64,000 bases of DNA from an uncultured Sulfuricella sp. Its GTDB lineage: Bacteria > Pseudomonadota > Gammaproteobacteria > Burkholderiales > Sulfuricellaceae. Under the pieces are notes generated by a model. The model did not search any database. It was not told the DNA's origin and was given only the letters and a program-made list of their open reading frames with translations. Below are positions 34,422-43,444 of this stretch, piece by piece. Position 1 is the first letter of the stretch. Every line of letters begins with the position of its first letter. A program made the translations under genes and the position numbers. The DNA lies in assembly GCA_964505475.1 (NCBI GenBank), contig CAZDIJ010000008.1, forward strand, positions 381-64,380, read 5' to 3'.

Positions 34422-37400
34422 ATGTCCGCTTCCCCGCCCGCCTCGCCCATTTCCCGCTGCATGATCGCCGACCGCCAGCGTCTGCGCCGCCTGGAGCAGA
34501 AAATCCACGAACTGGCGCGTACCGGCAAACCCCGCGACAAGCTGGCGGTACAACTGGAAACCCAACTGGCTGCCTCCGCAGCCATGGCCGCGCAGCGCCT
34601 GGCGGGGCTGCCCAAGCCATCCTTTCCCGAGGAATTGCCGGTATCCGGCAAGCGCGCCGATATCGCCGCCGCCATATCCAATCATCAAGTGGTGATCGTC
34701 TGCGGCGAAACCGGCTCGGGTAAGACTACCCAGTTGCCGAAGATTTGCCTGGAGTTGGGGCGGGGCATCCACGGCCTGATCGGCCACACCCAGCCGCGCC
34801 GGCTGGCGGCGCGCACGGTGGCCGCACGCATCGCCCAGGAACTCGCCACCCCCCTGGGGCGCGCGGTAGGCTACAAGGTGCGCTTCAACGACAACATAGG
34901 CGCGGACAGCTATATCAAGCTGATGACCGACGGCATCCTGCTCGCCGAAACCCAGCACGACCGCCTCCTTTCCGCCTACGATACGATCATCATCGACGAG
35001 GCGCACGAACGCAGCCTCAATATCGACTTCCTGCTCGGCTACCTCAAGCAGCTTCTGCCCAAGCGCCCCGACCTCAAGGTCGTCGTCACTTCCGCCACCA
35101 TAGATGCCCGGCGCTTTTCGGAACACTTCGGCGGCGCGCCGGTGATCGAGGTATCGGGACGCCTGTACCCGGTGGAAATCCGCTACCGCCCGCTGAAAGC
35201 AGCATCCGGCAAGGGCGCCGACAAGGAGGCCACGGAGGGCATGGAGGACGCCATCCTCGACGCGGTGGACGATCTCGCGCGCCTGCCGCAGGGCGGCGAC
35301 ATCCTGATCTTCCTGCCCGGCGAGCGGGAAATCCGCGACACCGCCGAAGCCTTGCGCAAGCACCACCCCGCCGGAGCCGAAATCCTGCCGCTCTATGCGC
35401 GCCTCTCCGCCGCCGAACAGGAGCGCATCTTCAAGCCGGGCGGCGGACGGCGCATCGTGCTCGCCACCAACGTGGCGGAAACCTCGCTCACCGTGCCGGG
35501 CATCCGCTACGTAATCGACCCCGGCCAGGCGCGCATCCTTAGATATAGTTACCGCGCCAAGGTCGAGCGCCTGCTGGTCGAAAACATCTCCCAAGCCTCC
35601 GCCAACCAGCGCGCCGGACGTTGCGGACGGGTGATGAGCGGGGTGTGCGTGCGCCTTTATTCCGAAGAAGACTTCGCCGTCCGCGCCGCCTACACCGACC
35701 CGGAAATCAGGCGCAGCAACCTGGCGGCGGTGATCCTGCGCATGAAGGCGTTGGGGCTGGCCGACGTGGAGAATTTCCCCTTCATCGAGCCGCCCGACAG
35801 CCGCGCCGTCGCCGATGGCTTCAAGCTGCTGGAGGAACTCAACGCCGTCGATGAGCGCGGCGACCTGACGCCGCTGGGACAGGAACTGGCAAGGCTGCCG
35901 ATCGACCCGCGCATCGGGCGCATGGTGCTGGCCGCCAAGACGGGCAACTGCCTTGCCGAAGTGCTCATCATCGCCGCCGCGCTGTCTCTGCAAGACCCGC
36001 GTGAGCGTCCGCTGGAGCACCAGCAGGCGGCCGACGAGAAACACCGCCGCCACCAGGACGACAATTCCGATTTCCTGGCTTTTCTCAATCTCTGGCAGGC
36101 CTACGACGAGGCGCTCAAGCACCAGAAATCGCGGCGCAAGCTCACCGACTGGTGCCGCGGCAACTTCCTTTCGCCGGTGCGGATGCGCGAATGGCGCGAA
36201 CTGCATGGCCAGTTGCACAGCGTGGTGGCGGAAATGGGCTGGCGCGAAAACCAGGTGGCGGCGTCTTATGAGGAAATCCACCGCGCCCTGCTCGCCGGAC
36301 TGCTCGGCAACATCGGCTTCAAGAGCGATGCCCAGGAATACGAGGGGGCGCGCGGCATCAAGTTTTCCCTCTTCCCCGGCTCAGCGCTGTTCAAGAAAGG
36401 GCCGAAATGGGCGATGGCGGCGGAACTCGCCGAGACCACCCGCCTCTACGCCCGCTGCGTGGCGAAAATCGAGCCGGAATGGCTGGAACAAGTGGGCGCC
36501 CATCTGACCAAGCGCCATTATTTCGACCCGCATTGGGAAAAGCAGCCGGCGCAGGTGACGGCTTACGAGCGCGTCACCCTCTATGGCCTTACCGTCGTCT
36601 CCAGGCGGCGCGTCCACTATGGCGCGATCCACCCCGGCGAGGCGCGCGAAATCTTCATCCGCGGCGCGCTGGCGGCGGGCGAATTCCTGACCCGCGCGCC
36701 GTTCTTCGAGCACAACCGCAAGCTGATCGCCGAAGTCGAGGAACTCGAGCACAAATCGCGCCGCCAGGATGTGCTGGTCGACGAGCACACCCTGTTCGCC
36801 TTCTACGATGCGCGCATCCCGGCGGGCATCCACAACGGCGCGGACTTCGAGAAATGGCGGCGCGAGGCGGAGAAGAGCAATCCGAAACTCCTATACATGA
36901 CCCGCGACGACCTGATGCGCCACGGCGCGGATAGCGTCACCGAGGAACAGTTCCCGGAAACCCTCGCCGTCGCCGGCAGCGAGTGCCGGCTCACTTATCG
37001 CTTCGAGCCTGGCCACCCGCTCGACGGCGCCACCCTCGGCGTGCCGCTGCATCTCCTCAACCAGGTCGATGCCGAACGCTGCGAATGGCTGGTGCCGGGC
37101 ATGCTGCGCGAGAAAGTCACCTGGCTGGTCAAGGCGTTGCCCAAGCGCATCCGGGCGGCGTGCGTGCCGGTGCCCGAATTCGTCACCGGGGCGCTGGTTG
37201 CCTTTTCACCCTCTCCCCGCCCCTCTCCCGTCAAGGGAGAGGGAGTAAAAGCCCCCTCCCCCCTCGCGGGGGAGGGCTGGGGAGAGGGGGTACGGCGTTC
37301 TTTGAATGCAACGCTCGCCGCCCACATCCAGCGCAAGACCACCCAGGAAGTCCCGCCCGACGCCTGGAAGGGAAACGACCTCCCCGCCCACCTGCGCATG

Positions 37401-38372
37401 AATTTCCGCATCATCGACGAAGCCGGCGCGGAACTGGCGAGCGGGCGCGATCTCGCCGAACTCAAGGTCAAGCTCGGCCAGGCGGCGCGCCTCACCTTCG
37501 CCCGCGCACCGGAGCTGGATGTCGAGCGCGAAGGACTGACCGCCTGGGATTTCGGCGATCTGCCGGAGAAGATCGCCTTCACGCGCAACGGCCACCCCAT
37601 CACCGGCTACCCGGCGCTGGTGGATGAAGGCGAAAGCGTCGCCATCCGCCTCTTCGACACCCCCGAGGTCGCCGCCGCGGCGATGCGCGGTGGGGTGCGG
37701 CGGCTGCTGAGGCTGTCCCTGGCGGCGCAGATGAAGCAAGCGGAAAAAAATCTGCCCGGCTTCACCCAAAGCGCCATGCAGTTGCGCGCCGTGGACTCCC
37801 CCGACGATCTGCGCGAAGACCTGCTCACGGCCATCGCCGACCGCGCCTTTATCGGCGAGGACGACATCCCCCGCAACGAAAAACAGTTCGCCGCGCAAAA
37901 GGATCGCGGCCGCGCCCGCCTGTCCGCCGTGGCCGATGGCGCCTGCCGCCAGCTTGGCGCCATCGCCGCCGAATACCACGCGATCCAGGGACGCCTGGCG
38001 AAAACCCCGCATCCGGTGGCGCGGGACATCCGCGAACAGCTCGGCAATCTGCTCTACAAAGGCTTTCTCGCCGCCACCCCATGGCCGCAACTGGCTCACC
38101 TGCCGCGCTATCTCAAGGCCATCCTGCATCGTCTCGACAAGCTGCCCAACGAACGCGACGCCCGCCACATGGCGGCGATCCGCGAATGCTGGGAAATGTA
38201 CGAAAAACGCTTGGAAAAGCACCGCAAGGAAGGCGTCGCCGACCCGGCATTGGCGGATTTTCGCTGGATGATCGAGGAACTGCGCGTTTCGTTGTTCGCC
38301 CAGGAGTTGAAGACCCCTTATCCGGTATCCACGAAGCGCCTCATGAAAATCTGGGACGGCGTGAAAAATTAG
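34422..38372 (+). CDS. hrpA: ATP-dependent RNA helicase HrpA (DEAH box)
   Basis: 1316 aa. GETGSGKTTQLP Walker A, DEAH (IIIDEAHERS), ..SATID.., ..QRAGRCGR.. . Carries an in-frame repeat-derived insertion (see 37207..37292). Confidence 0.93.
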   Translation: MSASPPASPISRCMIADRQRLRRLEQKIHELARTGKPRDKLAVQLETQLAASAAMAAQRLAGLPKPSFPEELPVSGKRADIAAAISNHQVVIVCGETGSGKTTQLPKICLELGRGIHGLIGHTQPRRLAARTVAARIAQELATPLGRAVGYKVRFNDNIGADSYIKLMTDGILLAETQHDRLLSAYDTIIIDEAHERSLNIDFLLGYLKQLLPKRPDLKVVVTSATIDARRFSEHFGGAPVIEVSGRLYPVEIRYRPLKAASGKGADKEATEGMEDAILDAVDDLARLPQGGDILIFLPGEREIRDTAEALRKHHPAGAEILPLYARLSAAEQERIFKPGGGRRIVLATNVAETSLTVPGIRYVIDPGQARILRYSYRAKVERLLVENISQASANQRAGRCGRVMSGVCVRLYSEEDFAVRAAYTDPEIRRSNLAAVILRMKALGLADVENFPFIEPPDSRAVADGFKLLEELNAVDERGDLTPLGQELARLPIDPRIGRMVLAAKTGNCLAEVLIIAAALSLQDPRERPLEHQQAADEKHRRHQDDNSDFLAFLNLWQAYDEALKHQKSRRKLTDWCRGNFLSPVRMREWRELHGQLHSVVAEMGWRENQVAASYEEIHRALLAGLLGNIGFKSDAQEYEGARGIKFSLFPGSALFKKGPKWAMAAELAETTRLYARCVAKIEPEWLEQVGAHLTKRHYFDPHWEKQPAQVTAYERVTLYGLTVVSRRRVHYGAIHPGEAREIFIRGALAAGEFLTRAPFFEHNRKLIAEVEELEHKSRRQDVLVDEHTLFAFYDARIPAGIHNGADFEKWRREAEKSNPKLLYMTRDDLMRHGADSVTEEQFPETLAVAGSECRLTYRFEPGHPLDGATLGVPLHLLNQVDAERCEWLVPGMLREKVTWLVKALPKRIRAACVPVPEFVTGALVAFSPSPRPSPVKGEGVKAPSPLAGEGWGEGVRRSLNATLAAHIQRKTTQEVPPDAWKGNDLPAHLRMNFRIIDEAGAELASGRDLAELKVKLGQAARLTFARAPELDVEREGLTAWDFGDLPEKIAFTRNGHPITGYPALVDEGESVAIRLFDTPEVAAAAMRGGVRRLLRLSLAAQMKQAEKNLPGFTQSAMQLRAVDSPDDLREDLLTAIADRAFIGEDDIPRNEKQFAAQKDRGRARLSAVADGACRQLGAIAAEYHAIQGRLAKTPHPVARDIREQLGNLLYKGFLAATPWPQLAHLPRYLKAILHRLDKLPNERDARHMAAIRECWEMYEKRLEKHRKEGVADPALADFRWMIEELRVSLFAQELKTPYPVSTKRLMKIWDGVKN
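37207..37292. repeat. GC-rich palindromic repeat unit inserted in frame within hrpA
   Basis: CACCCTCTCCCCGCCCCTCTCCCGTCAAGGGAGAGGG..CCCCCTCCCCCCTCGCGGGGGAGGGCTGGGGAGAGGGGG is the same unit type as the intergenic copies at 48859 and 43793. It is translated as ..[28 protein letters not shown].. . Confidence 0.75.
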
Positions 38373-38446
38373 GCGATTCCCGGATAGCGCCGCATGGGAA
38401 GCCGTGCTATTTTCGCCTCCCCCTCAACCCATAAGGAAGAACAATC

Positions 38447-38614
38447 ATGATCGAAATCTGGCTGAACGGCACCCGTCTTTCCATGCTGATGCTCACCGCG
38501 TGGGGCAAAGAACCGGAAGTGGGGCAATCGTATACCCACCTTGGCCGCAACTATACGGTTGCCAAGGTAAGCACCGACCCCCGCACCAAGAACTACAAGG
38601 TGGAACTGGCCTGA
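38447..38614 (+). CDS. Hypothetical small protein (55 aa)
   Basis: Not in the track (<60 aa). ATG is preceded by AAGGAAG at 7 nt, with coding-like third-position bias. Product: MIEIWLNGTRLSMLMLTAWGKEPEVGQSYTHLGRNYTVAKVSTDPRTKNYKVELA. Confidence 0.45.
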   Translation: MIEIWLNGTRLSMLMLTAWGKEPEVGQSYTHLGRNYTVAKVSTDPRTKNYKVELA

Positions 38615-38719
38615 CCATGGCGAAAGCGGGGGGTCGGCATCCGCCCGGAAGCGTCCGCCCTTTTTGCCGGCTGCAATACCGGCTAGAATAGCCCCGTACC
38701 CAACACAAGCGGAGCCGAC

Positions 38720-39412
38720 ATGCCCACCGATGCATATGACATCATCCAGGCGCTGGTCAAGGCGCAATTGGTCGAAGACACCTACGAGCGCGGCGAAAAA
38801 CTGCATCCGGTGGTCGCCCTGTCGCGCGGCTACGGCAGCGGCGGCGAGGAGATCGGCCACGAACTGTCGCGCCGCCTGCAAGTCGGCTACTTCGACAAGG
38901 AAATCCTCAACGAAATCGTTTCCCAGAGCGGCGGCGACAAATACCTGCTGGAAAAGCTCGACGAAACCGTGAAGAACCGCTGGGACGCCTGGATACTCTC
39001 GTTCCTCTCCGGCGACAACGTGCTCAACGAAAACTACCAGCGCTACCTGGTCAACGTCATGCTCGGCATCCTCGATACCGGCGGCGTCATCATGGGGCGC
39101 GGCGCGCACCTGATCCTGGCGCAGCACGAGGTATTCCGCGTGCGCATCATCGGCTCGCCGGAAGCGTGCGCCAAGCGGGTGATGGCCAGCGAAGGGCTGA
39201 CCATGGAAGCGGCGCTCAAGGAAGTGGACAAGAAAAACCACGAGCGCGGCAAGTTCGTCTGGGATTACTGGAAACACCGCCTCAGCGACCCGACCGAATT
39301 CGACCTGGTCATCAATACCGATCATTTCCAGGATTTCACCCAGATCGCTGAACTGATTATCGACGCCATGCATGGCGTGGGCATCAAAACCGCCGCGCAG
39401 GTGGCGAAATGA
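38720..39412 (+). CDS. Cytidylate-kinase-like family protein (P-loop NMP-kinase fold, degenerate)
   Basis: ..VVALSRGYGSGGEEIGHELSRRLQVGYFDKEIL.. and ..FRVRIIG....R...... are typical of the cytidylate kinase-like family (recalled). Confidence 0.65.
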   Translation: MPTDAYDIIQALVKAQLVEDTYERGEKLHPVVALSRGYGSGGEEIGHELSRRLQVGYFDKEILNEIVSQSGGDKYLLEKLDETVKNRWDAWILSFLSGDNVLNENYQRYLVNVMLGILDTGGVIMGRGAHLILAQHEVFRVRIIGSPEACAKRVMASEGLTMEAALKEVDKKNHERGKFVWDYWKHRLSDPTEFDLVINTDHFQDFTQIAELIIDAMHGVGIKTAAQVAK

Positions 39413-39855
39413 CCGCCAAGACCCGCGAAACCGCCGCCCTCGAACTCAGCATCGTCAGCGTCGAGGCCGAAATATTCAACGGCACGGCGCACAAGATCTC
39501 GGTGCCCGCGATGATGGGCGAAATCGGCATCCTGCCGCGCCACACGCCGCTAATTACCCGCCTGCGCGCCGGTGAAATCCGCGTTCACACCACCGACGGC
39601 AAGCAGGTGCTGATCTATGTATCCGGCGGCCTGCTGGAAATCCAGCCGCACGTGGTGACCATCCTCGCCGATGCCGCCACCCGCGCCGCCAGCGCCGACC
39701 ACGCAGCCGCCGAGGAGGCGCGCCGCCTCACCGAGGAAGCGATGGACAAGCAAAAACGCTTCGGCAGCCTCGACCGCGCCCACTCCGAACTGCTCGCCGC
39801 CGTCGCCGAACTCAGCGAATTGCAGCGCCTGCAAAAGAAAAAGCGCCGCTGGTAA
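39409..39855 (+). CDS. F-type ATP synthase epsilon-subunit paralogue (orphan, outside any atp operon)
   Basis: ..LSIVSVEAEIFNGTAHKISVPAMMGEIGILPRHTPLITRLRAGEIRV..VSGGLLEIQPHVVTILADAA.. is clearly AtpC-like. Its ATG overlaps the upstream stop (ATGA). Confidence 0.75.
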   Translation: MTAKTRETAALELSIVSVEAEIFNGTAHKISVPAMMGEIGILPRHTPLITRLRAGEIRVHTTDGKQVLIYVSGGLLEIQPHVVTILADAATRAASADHAAAEEARRLTEEAMDKQKRFGSLDRAHSELLAAVAELSELQRLQKKKRRW

Positions 39856-39870
39856 TCCCTCTTCCCCCGG

Positions 39871-39887
39871 CGCACCGCTATGGTGCG
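39871..39887. promoter_or_regulatory. NtrC-type binding site CGCACC-GCTAT-GGTGCG
   Basis: Matches TGCACC-N5-GGTGCA at 10 of 12 conserved positions. ~200 bp upstream of the sigma54 promoter at 40083. Confidence 0.5.
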
Positions 39888-39986
39888 CCGCCGCAGCCCC
39901 TCCGCAATACATATTTTCAGTTTATTTTTCAGTAAGTTGCATAAGCCTGCCGGCACTCCTCCGCCCCCTTTTTTCCAAGCCCTCCA

Positions 39987-40003
39987 TGCACCGATGAAGT
40001 GCG
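39987..40003. promoter_or_regulatory. Weaker NtrC-type half-conserved site TGCACC-GATGA-AGTGCG
   Basis: Left half perfect, right half 4/6. ~90 bp upstream of the sigma54 promoter. Confidence 0.3.
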
Positions 40004-40082
40004 CTCGCCACTCCGCGGCATAAGCAGCAAAAAATCTACATTTTTCATCCAAAACAGCATGTTGCCTCCATCTTTACGAGGC

Positions 40083-40098
40083 TGGCACGGCTGTTGCT
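40083..40098 (+). promoter_or_regulatory. Sigma54 (-24/-12) promoter of the nitrate assimilation operon
   Basis: TGGCACGGCTGTTGCT fits TGGCACG-N4-TTGCW exactly. ~70 nt upstream of the nrtA ATG. Confidence 0.8.
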
Positions 40099-40165
40099 CA
40101 CAAGACAAGCATTGGTTTAGTAGCATTTCATTGACTTGTTTCAATACTTAGATAAGGAGCACAGC

Positions 40166-41443
40166 ATGAGCAACGATACCGTCGGCAAACCGGAAGTCCG
40201 CGTGGACGACAGCAAAAGAACTTTCGTGAAAAAAAGCGCGACCCTGCTCGGCGGCGCAGCGCTGATGTCGCTGGTGCCGCCCGGCGTGCGCAACGCGGCC
40301 TGGGCCGCCGGCTCCGACGCGCCGGAAAAACCCGAATTGAAGGTCGGCTTCATTCCCCTCACCGACTGCGCTTCGGTGGTGATGGCGGCAATGCAGGGTT
40401 TCGACAAGAAGTACGGGATCAAGATCGTTCCCACCAAAGAGGCCTCCTGGGCGGCGGTGCGCGACAAGCTCACCAACGGCGAACTGGATGCCGCCCACGT
40501 GCTGTACGGACTGGTCTATGGCGTGCATCTGGGCATCGGCGGCCCGAAGAAGGACATGTCGGTGCTGATGGCGATCAACAACAATGGCCAGGGCATCACC
40601 CTTTCCAACCAGTTGAAGGACAAGGGCGTCACCGACGGCGCCTCCCTGCGCGCCTTGCTCACCAAGGAAAGCCGCGAATACACCTTCGCCCAGACCTTCC
40701 CCACCGGCACCCATGCGATGTGGCTGTATTACTGGCTGGCGGCGCACGGCATCAACCCCTTCACCGAAGCCAAGACGGTGGTGGTGCCGCCGCCGCAGAT
40801 GGTCGCCAACATGCGCGTCGGCAACATGGACGGCTTCTGCGTCGGCGAACCGTGGAACGCCCGCGCCATTTTCGACAAGATCGGCTTTTCGGCGGCGACC
40901 AGCCAGGACATCTGGAAGGATCACCCGGAAAAGGTGCTCGGCACCACCGCCGAATGGGTGCAGAAGTATCCCAACACCGCCCGCGCCCTGACCGCCGCCG
41001 TGCTGGAAGCCTCGCGCTTCATCGACACCACCGCCAACCGCCACCAGGTCGCCACCACCATCGCCGACAAATCCTACGTCAACGCCCCGGTCGAGGTGAT
41101 CGAAGGGCGCTTCATGGGACATTACGACAACGGCATCGGCAAGAAGTGGGAGGACCCCAACATGATGAGGTTCTACAACGACGGCGCGGTGAATTTCCCC
41201 TACCTCTCCGACGGGATGTGGTTCCTCACCCAGCACAAGCGCTGGGGTCTGCTCAAGGATGACCCGGATTACCTGGGCGTTGCCAAGAAGATCAACCAGA
41301 TCGACATCTACAAGCAGGCCGCCGCGCTCACCAAGACGCCGGTTCCCAAGGAAGTCATGCGTTCCTCCAAGCTGATCGACGGCGTGGTGTGGGACGGCAA
41401 GGATCCCAAGGCCTACGCCGCCGGTTTCAAGGTCAGGGTTTGA
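40166..41443 (+). CDS. nrtA: Nitrate/nitrite ABC transporter substrate-binding protein (NrtA/CmpA/NasF family), Tat signal
   Basis: ATG 40166 after AAGGAG. Tat-like signal ..KRTFVKKSATLLGGAALMSL.. . ..LKVGFIPLTDCASVVMA..WLYYWLAAHGINP.. is typical of NrtA. Confidence 0.88.
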   Translation: MSNDTVGKPEVRVDDSKRTFVKKSATLLGGAALMSLVPPGVRNAAWAAGSDAPEKPELKVGFIPLTDCASVVMAAMQGFDKKYGIKIVPTKEASWAAVRDKLTNGELDAAHVLYGLVYGVHLGIGGPKKDMSVLMAINNNGQGITLSNQLKDKGVTDGASLRALLTKESREYTFAQTFPTGTHAMWLYYWLAAHGINPFTEAKTVVVPPPQMVANMRVGNMDGFCVGEPWNARAIFDKIGFSAATSQDIWKDHPEKVLGTTAEWVQKYPNTARALTAAVLEASRFIDTTANRHQVATTIADKSYVNAPVEVIEGRFMGHYDNGIGKKWEDPNMMRFYNDGAVNFPYLSDGMWFLTQHKRWGLLKDDPDYLGVAKKINQIDIYKQAAALTKTPVPKEVMRSSKLIDGVVWDGKDPKAYAAGFKVRV

Positions 41444-41512
41444 TGAAAAACCTCCCGGTTGGCTGGCTACAACGGCAGCCGGCCGGGACGGAACAAGCGA
41501 AAGGAAGTGGAA

Positions 41513-42412
41513 ATGAGCGCACTCGCCGCAACGACAAACGATTTGGATGAAACGATGGACACCCCCAAGCCCCATGCCTCTCCCAAGGCGCCCAGTGAAA
41601 TCAAGGCCGCCACGCCGCCGCTCGACAAACCTTCCGCCGGACAGATGCTCGGGACGGTGTTCCGGTGGCTGCTGCCGCCGGTGCTGGGGTTGCTGCTGTT
41701 CATCGGCATCTGGGCCTTGGTGTCGCAATCCAGCCCGCAACTGCCGACCCCGGCGAAGACCTGGAACTCAGCGGTGCAACTCTTCAGCGACCCGTTTTAC
41801 CGCAAGGGTCCCAACGACCAGGGCATCGGCTGGAACATCCTCGCCTCGCTGGAGCGGGTCGGCATCGGCTTCGGCATGGCGGCCTTGATCGGCATCCCGC
41901 TGGGTTTCATGATCGGGCGTTTCCCCTTCCTCTCCGCCATGACCGCGCCGGTCATCAGCCTGTTGCGCCCGGTATCGCCGCTCGCCTGGCTGCCCATCGG
42001 CCTGCTGGTATTCAAGGCGGCCAACCCGGCGGCGATCTGGGTGATCTTCATCTCCAGCATCTGGCCGATGATTATCAACACCGCCGTGGGCGTGAACCGC
42101 ATCCCCCAGGACTATATGAACGTCGCCAAGGTGCTCAACCTGTCGGAGTGGAAAATCTTCACCAAGATCCTCTTCCCCGCCGTGCTGCCCTACATGATCA
42201 CCGGCATCCGTCTCTCCATCGGCGTCGCCTGGCTGGTGATCGTCGCCGCGGAAATGCTCACCGGCGGCGTAGGCATCGGCTTCTGGGTGTGGGACGAATG
42301 GAACAACCTCAACGTCGAACACATCATCATCGCCATCTTCGTGGTCGGCATCGTCGGCCTGCTGCTGGAACAGGCGCTGGTGATGCTGGCGAAGCGATTC
42401 AGTTATGAATGA
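41513..42412 (+). CDS. nrtB: Nitrate ABC transporter permease
   Basis: ATG 41513 after GGAAGTGGA. ..GIGWNILASLERVGIGFGMAALIGIPLGFMIGR..PVSPLAWLPIGL.. is a binding-protein-dependent permease signature. Confidence 0.88.
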   Translation: MSALAATTNDLDETMDTPKPHASPKAPSEIKAATPPLDKPSAGQMLGTVFRWLLPPVLGLLLFIGIWALVSQSSPQLPTPAKTWNSAVQLFSDPFYRKGPNDQGIGWNILASLERVGIGFGMAALIGIPLGFMIGRFPFLSAMTAPVISLLRPVSPLAWLPIGLLVFKAANPAAIWVIFISSIWPMIINTAVGVNRIPQDYMNVAKVLNLSEWKIFTKILFPAVLPYMITGIRLSIGVAWLVIVAAEMLTGGVGIGFWVWDEWNNLNVEHIIIAIFVVGIVGLLLEQALVMLAKRFSYE

Positions 42413-42414
42413 TT

Positions 42415-42473
42415 TTTAACCACGGGGAGCACGGGGGAAAACCCGTTTTTTATCCCCGTGCTCCCCGTGGTAA
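42415..42473. repeat. Family C minimal hairpin (two termini back to back)
   Basis: TTAACCACGGGGAGCACGGGGGAAAACCCGTTTTTTATCCCCGTGCTCCCCGTGGTAA, between nrtB and the ATPase gene. Confidence 0.7.
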
Positions 42474-42493
42474 TAGGTAATAAAGGAAGAGCT

Positions 42494-43285
42494 ATGGAAA
42501 AGTACGTTCAAGTCGAAAACGTCCAAATGGTTTTCGCCACCAAGAAAGGCCCGTTCGTCGCGCTGCGCGACATCGACCTCAACATCGCCCAGGGGGAATT
42601 CATCTCCCTGATCGGCCACTCGGGCTGCGGCAAATCGACCCTGCTCAATCTGGTGGCGGGACTGACCACCCCGAGCAACGGCGCGATGCTCTGCGCCGGG
42701 CGGGAAATCGCCGGCCCCGGACCGGAGCGCGCGGTGGTGTTCCAGAACCACAGCCTGCTGCCCTGGCTGACCTGCTTTGAAAACGTCTATCTGGCGGTGG
42801 AGCGGGTATTCGGCCGCGCCGAAAGCAAGGCGACCATGAAGAAGCGCACCCACGAGGCGCTCGCCCTGGTCGGCCTGACCCACGCCGAGCACAAGCACCC
42901 CCACGAGATTTCCGGCGGCATGAAGCAGCGCGTCGGCATCGCCCGCGCCCTGTCGATGCAGCCCAAGGTGCTGCTGATGGACGAACCCTTCGGCGCGCTC
43001 GACGCCCTGACCCGCGCCCACCTCCAGGACGAGCTGATGAAGATCGCCATGGCGACCCACAGCACCGTGGTCATGGTCACCCACGACGTGGACGAAGCGG
43101 TGCTGCTGTCCGACCGCATCGTCATGCTGACCAACGGCCCGGCGGCGACCATCGGCGAAATCCTCCACGTCCAACTGGAGCGCCCGCGCGAGCGGCTGGC
43201 GCTGGCCAACGACCCGAAATACCACGAATACCGTGGCGCGGTGCTGGAATTTTTGTACCACCGCCAACTGCGCCCGGCGGCTTGA
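42494..43285 (+). CDS. Nitrate ABC transporter ATP-binding protein (NrtD/NasD type)
   Basis: ATG 42494 after AGGAAGAG. Walker A GHSGCGKST, signature SGGMKQRVGIAR, Walker B LLMDEP. Confidence 0.88.
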   Translation: MEKYVQVENVQMVFATKKGPFVALRDIDLNIAQGEFISLIGHSGCGKSTLLNLVAGLTTPSNGAMLCAGREIAGPGPERAVVFQNHSLLPWLTCFENVYLAVERVFGRAESKATMKKRTHEALALVGLTHAEHKHPHEISGGMKQRVGIARALSMQPKVLLMDEPFGALDALTRAHLQDELMKIAMATHSTVVMVTHDVDEAVLLSDRIVMLTNGPAATIGEILHVQLERPRERLALANDPKYHEYRGAVLEFLYHRQLRPAA

Positions 43286-43296
43286 GAAATACAAAA

Positions 43297-43420
43297 ATGT
43301 AGGTTGGGTTAGGCGCGGTTTTTCGCGCCGTAACCCAACAAACCCAAAACCTCCTTTAAAAACGGTTTGAAGGATCAGGTCTTGTTGGGTTACGGCGCAC
43401 GCGCCTAACCCAACCTACAT
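43297..43420. repeat. Family D REP-like nested palindrome
   Basis: Outer arms ATGTAGGTTGGGTTAGGCGCG / CGCGCCTAACCCAACCTACAT. Inner arms CGCGCCGTAACCCAACAA / CTTGTTGGGTTACGGCGCAC. Confidence 0.75.
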
Positions 43421-43444
43421 GGGTGAACCTAAAAGGAAAGAATC

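Noticed and set aside
39868-39890. Hairpin CGGCGCACC-GCTAT-GGTGCGCCG as the terminator of the atpC-like gene
   Set aside because: No U-tract follows. The sequence matches the NtrC consensus TGCACC-N5-GGTGCA and lies at a suitable distance from a strong sigma54 promoter, so it is reported as a binding site instead. A dual role cannot be excluded.
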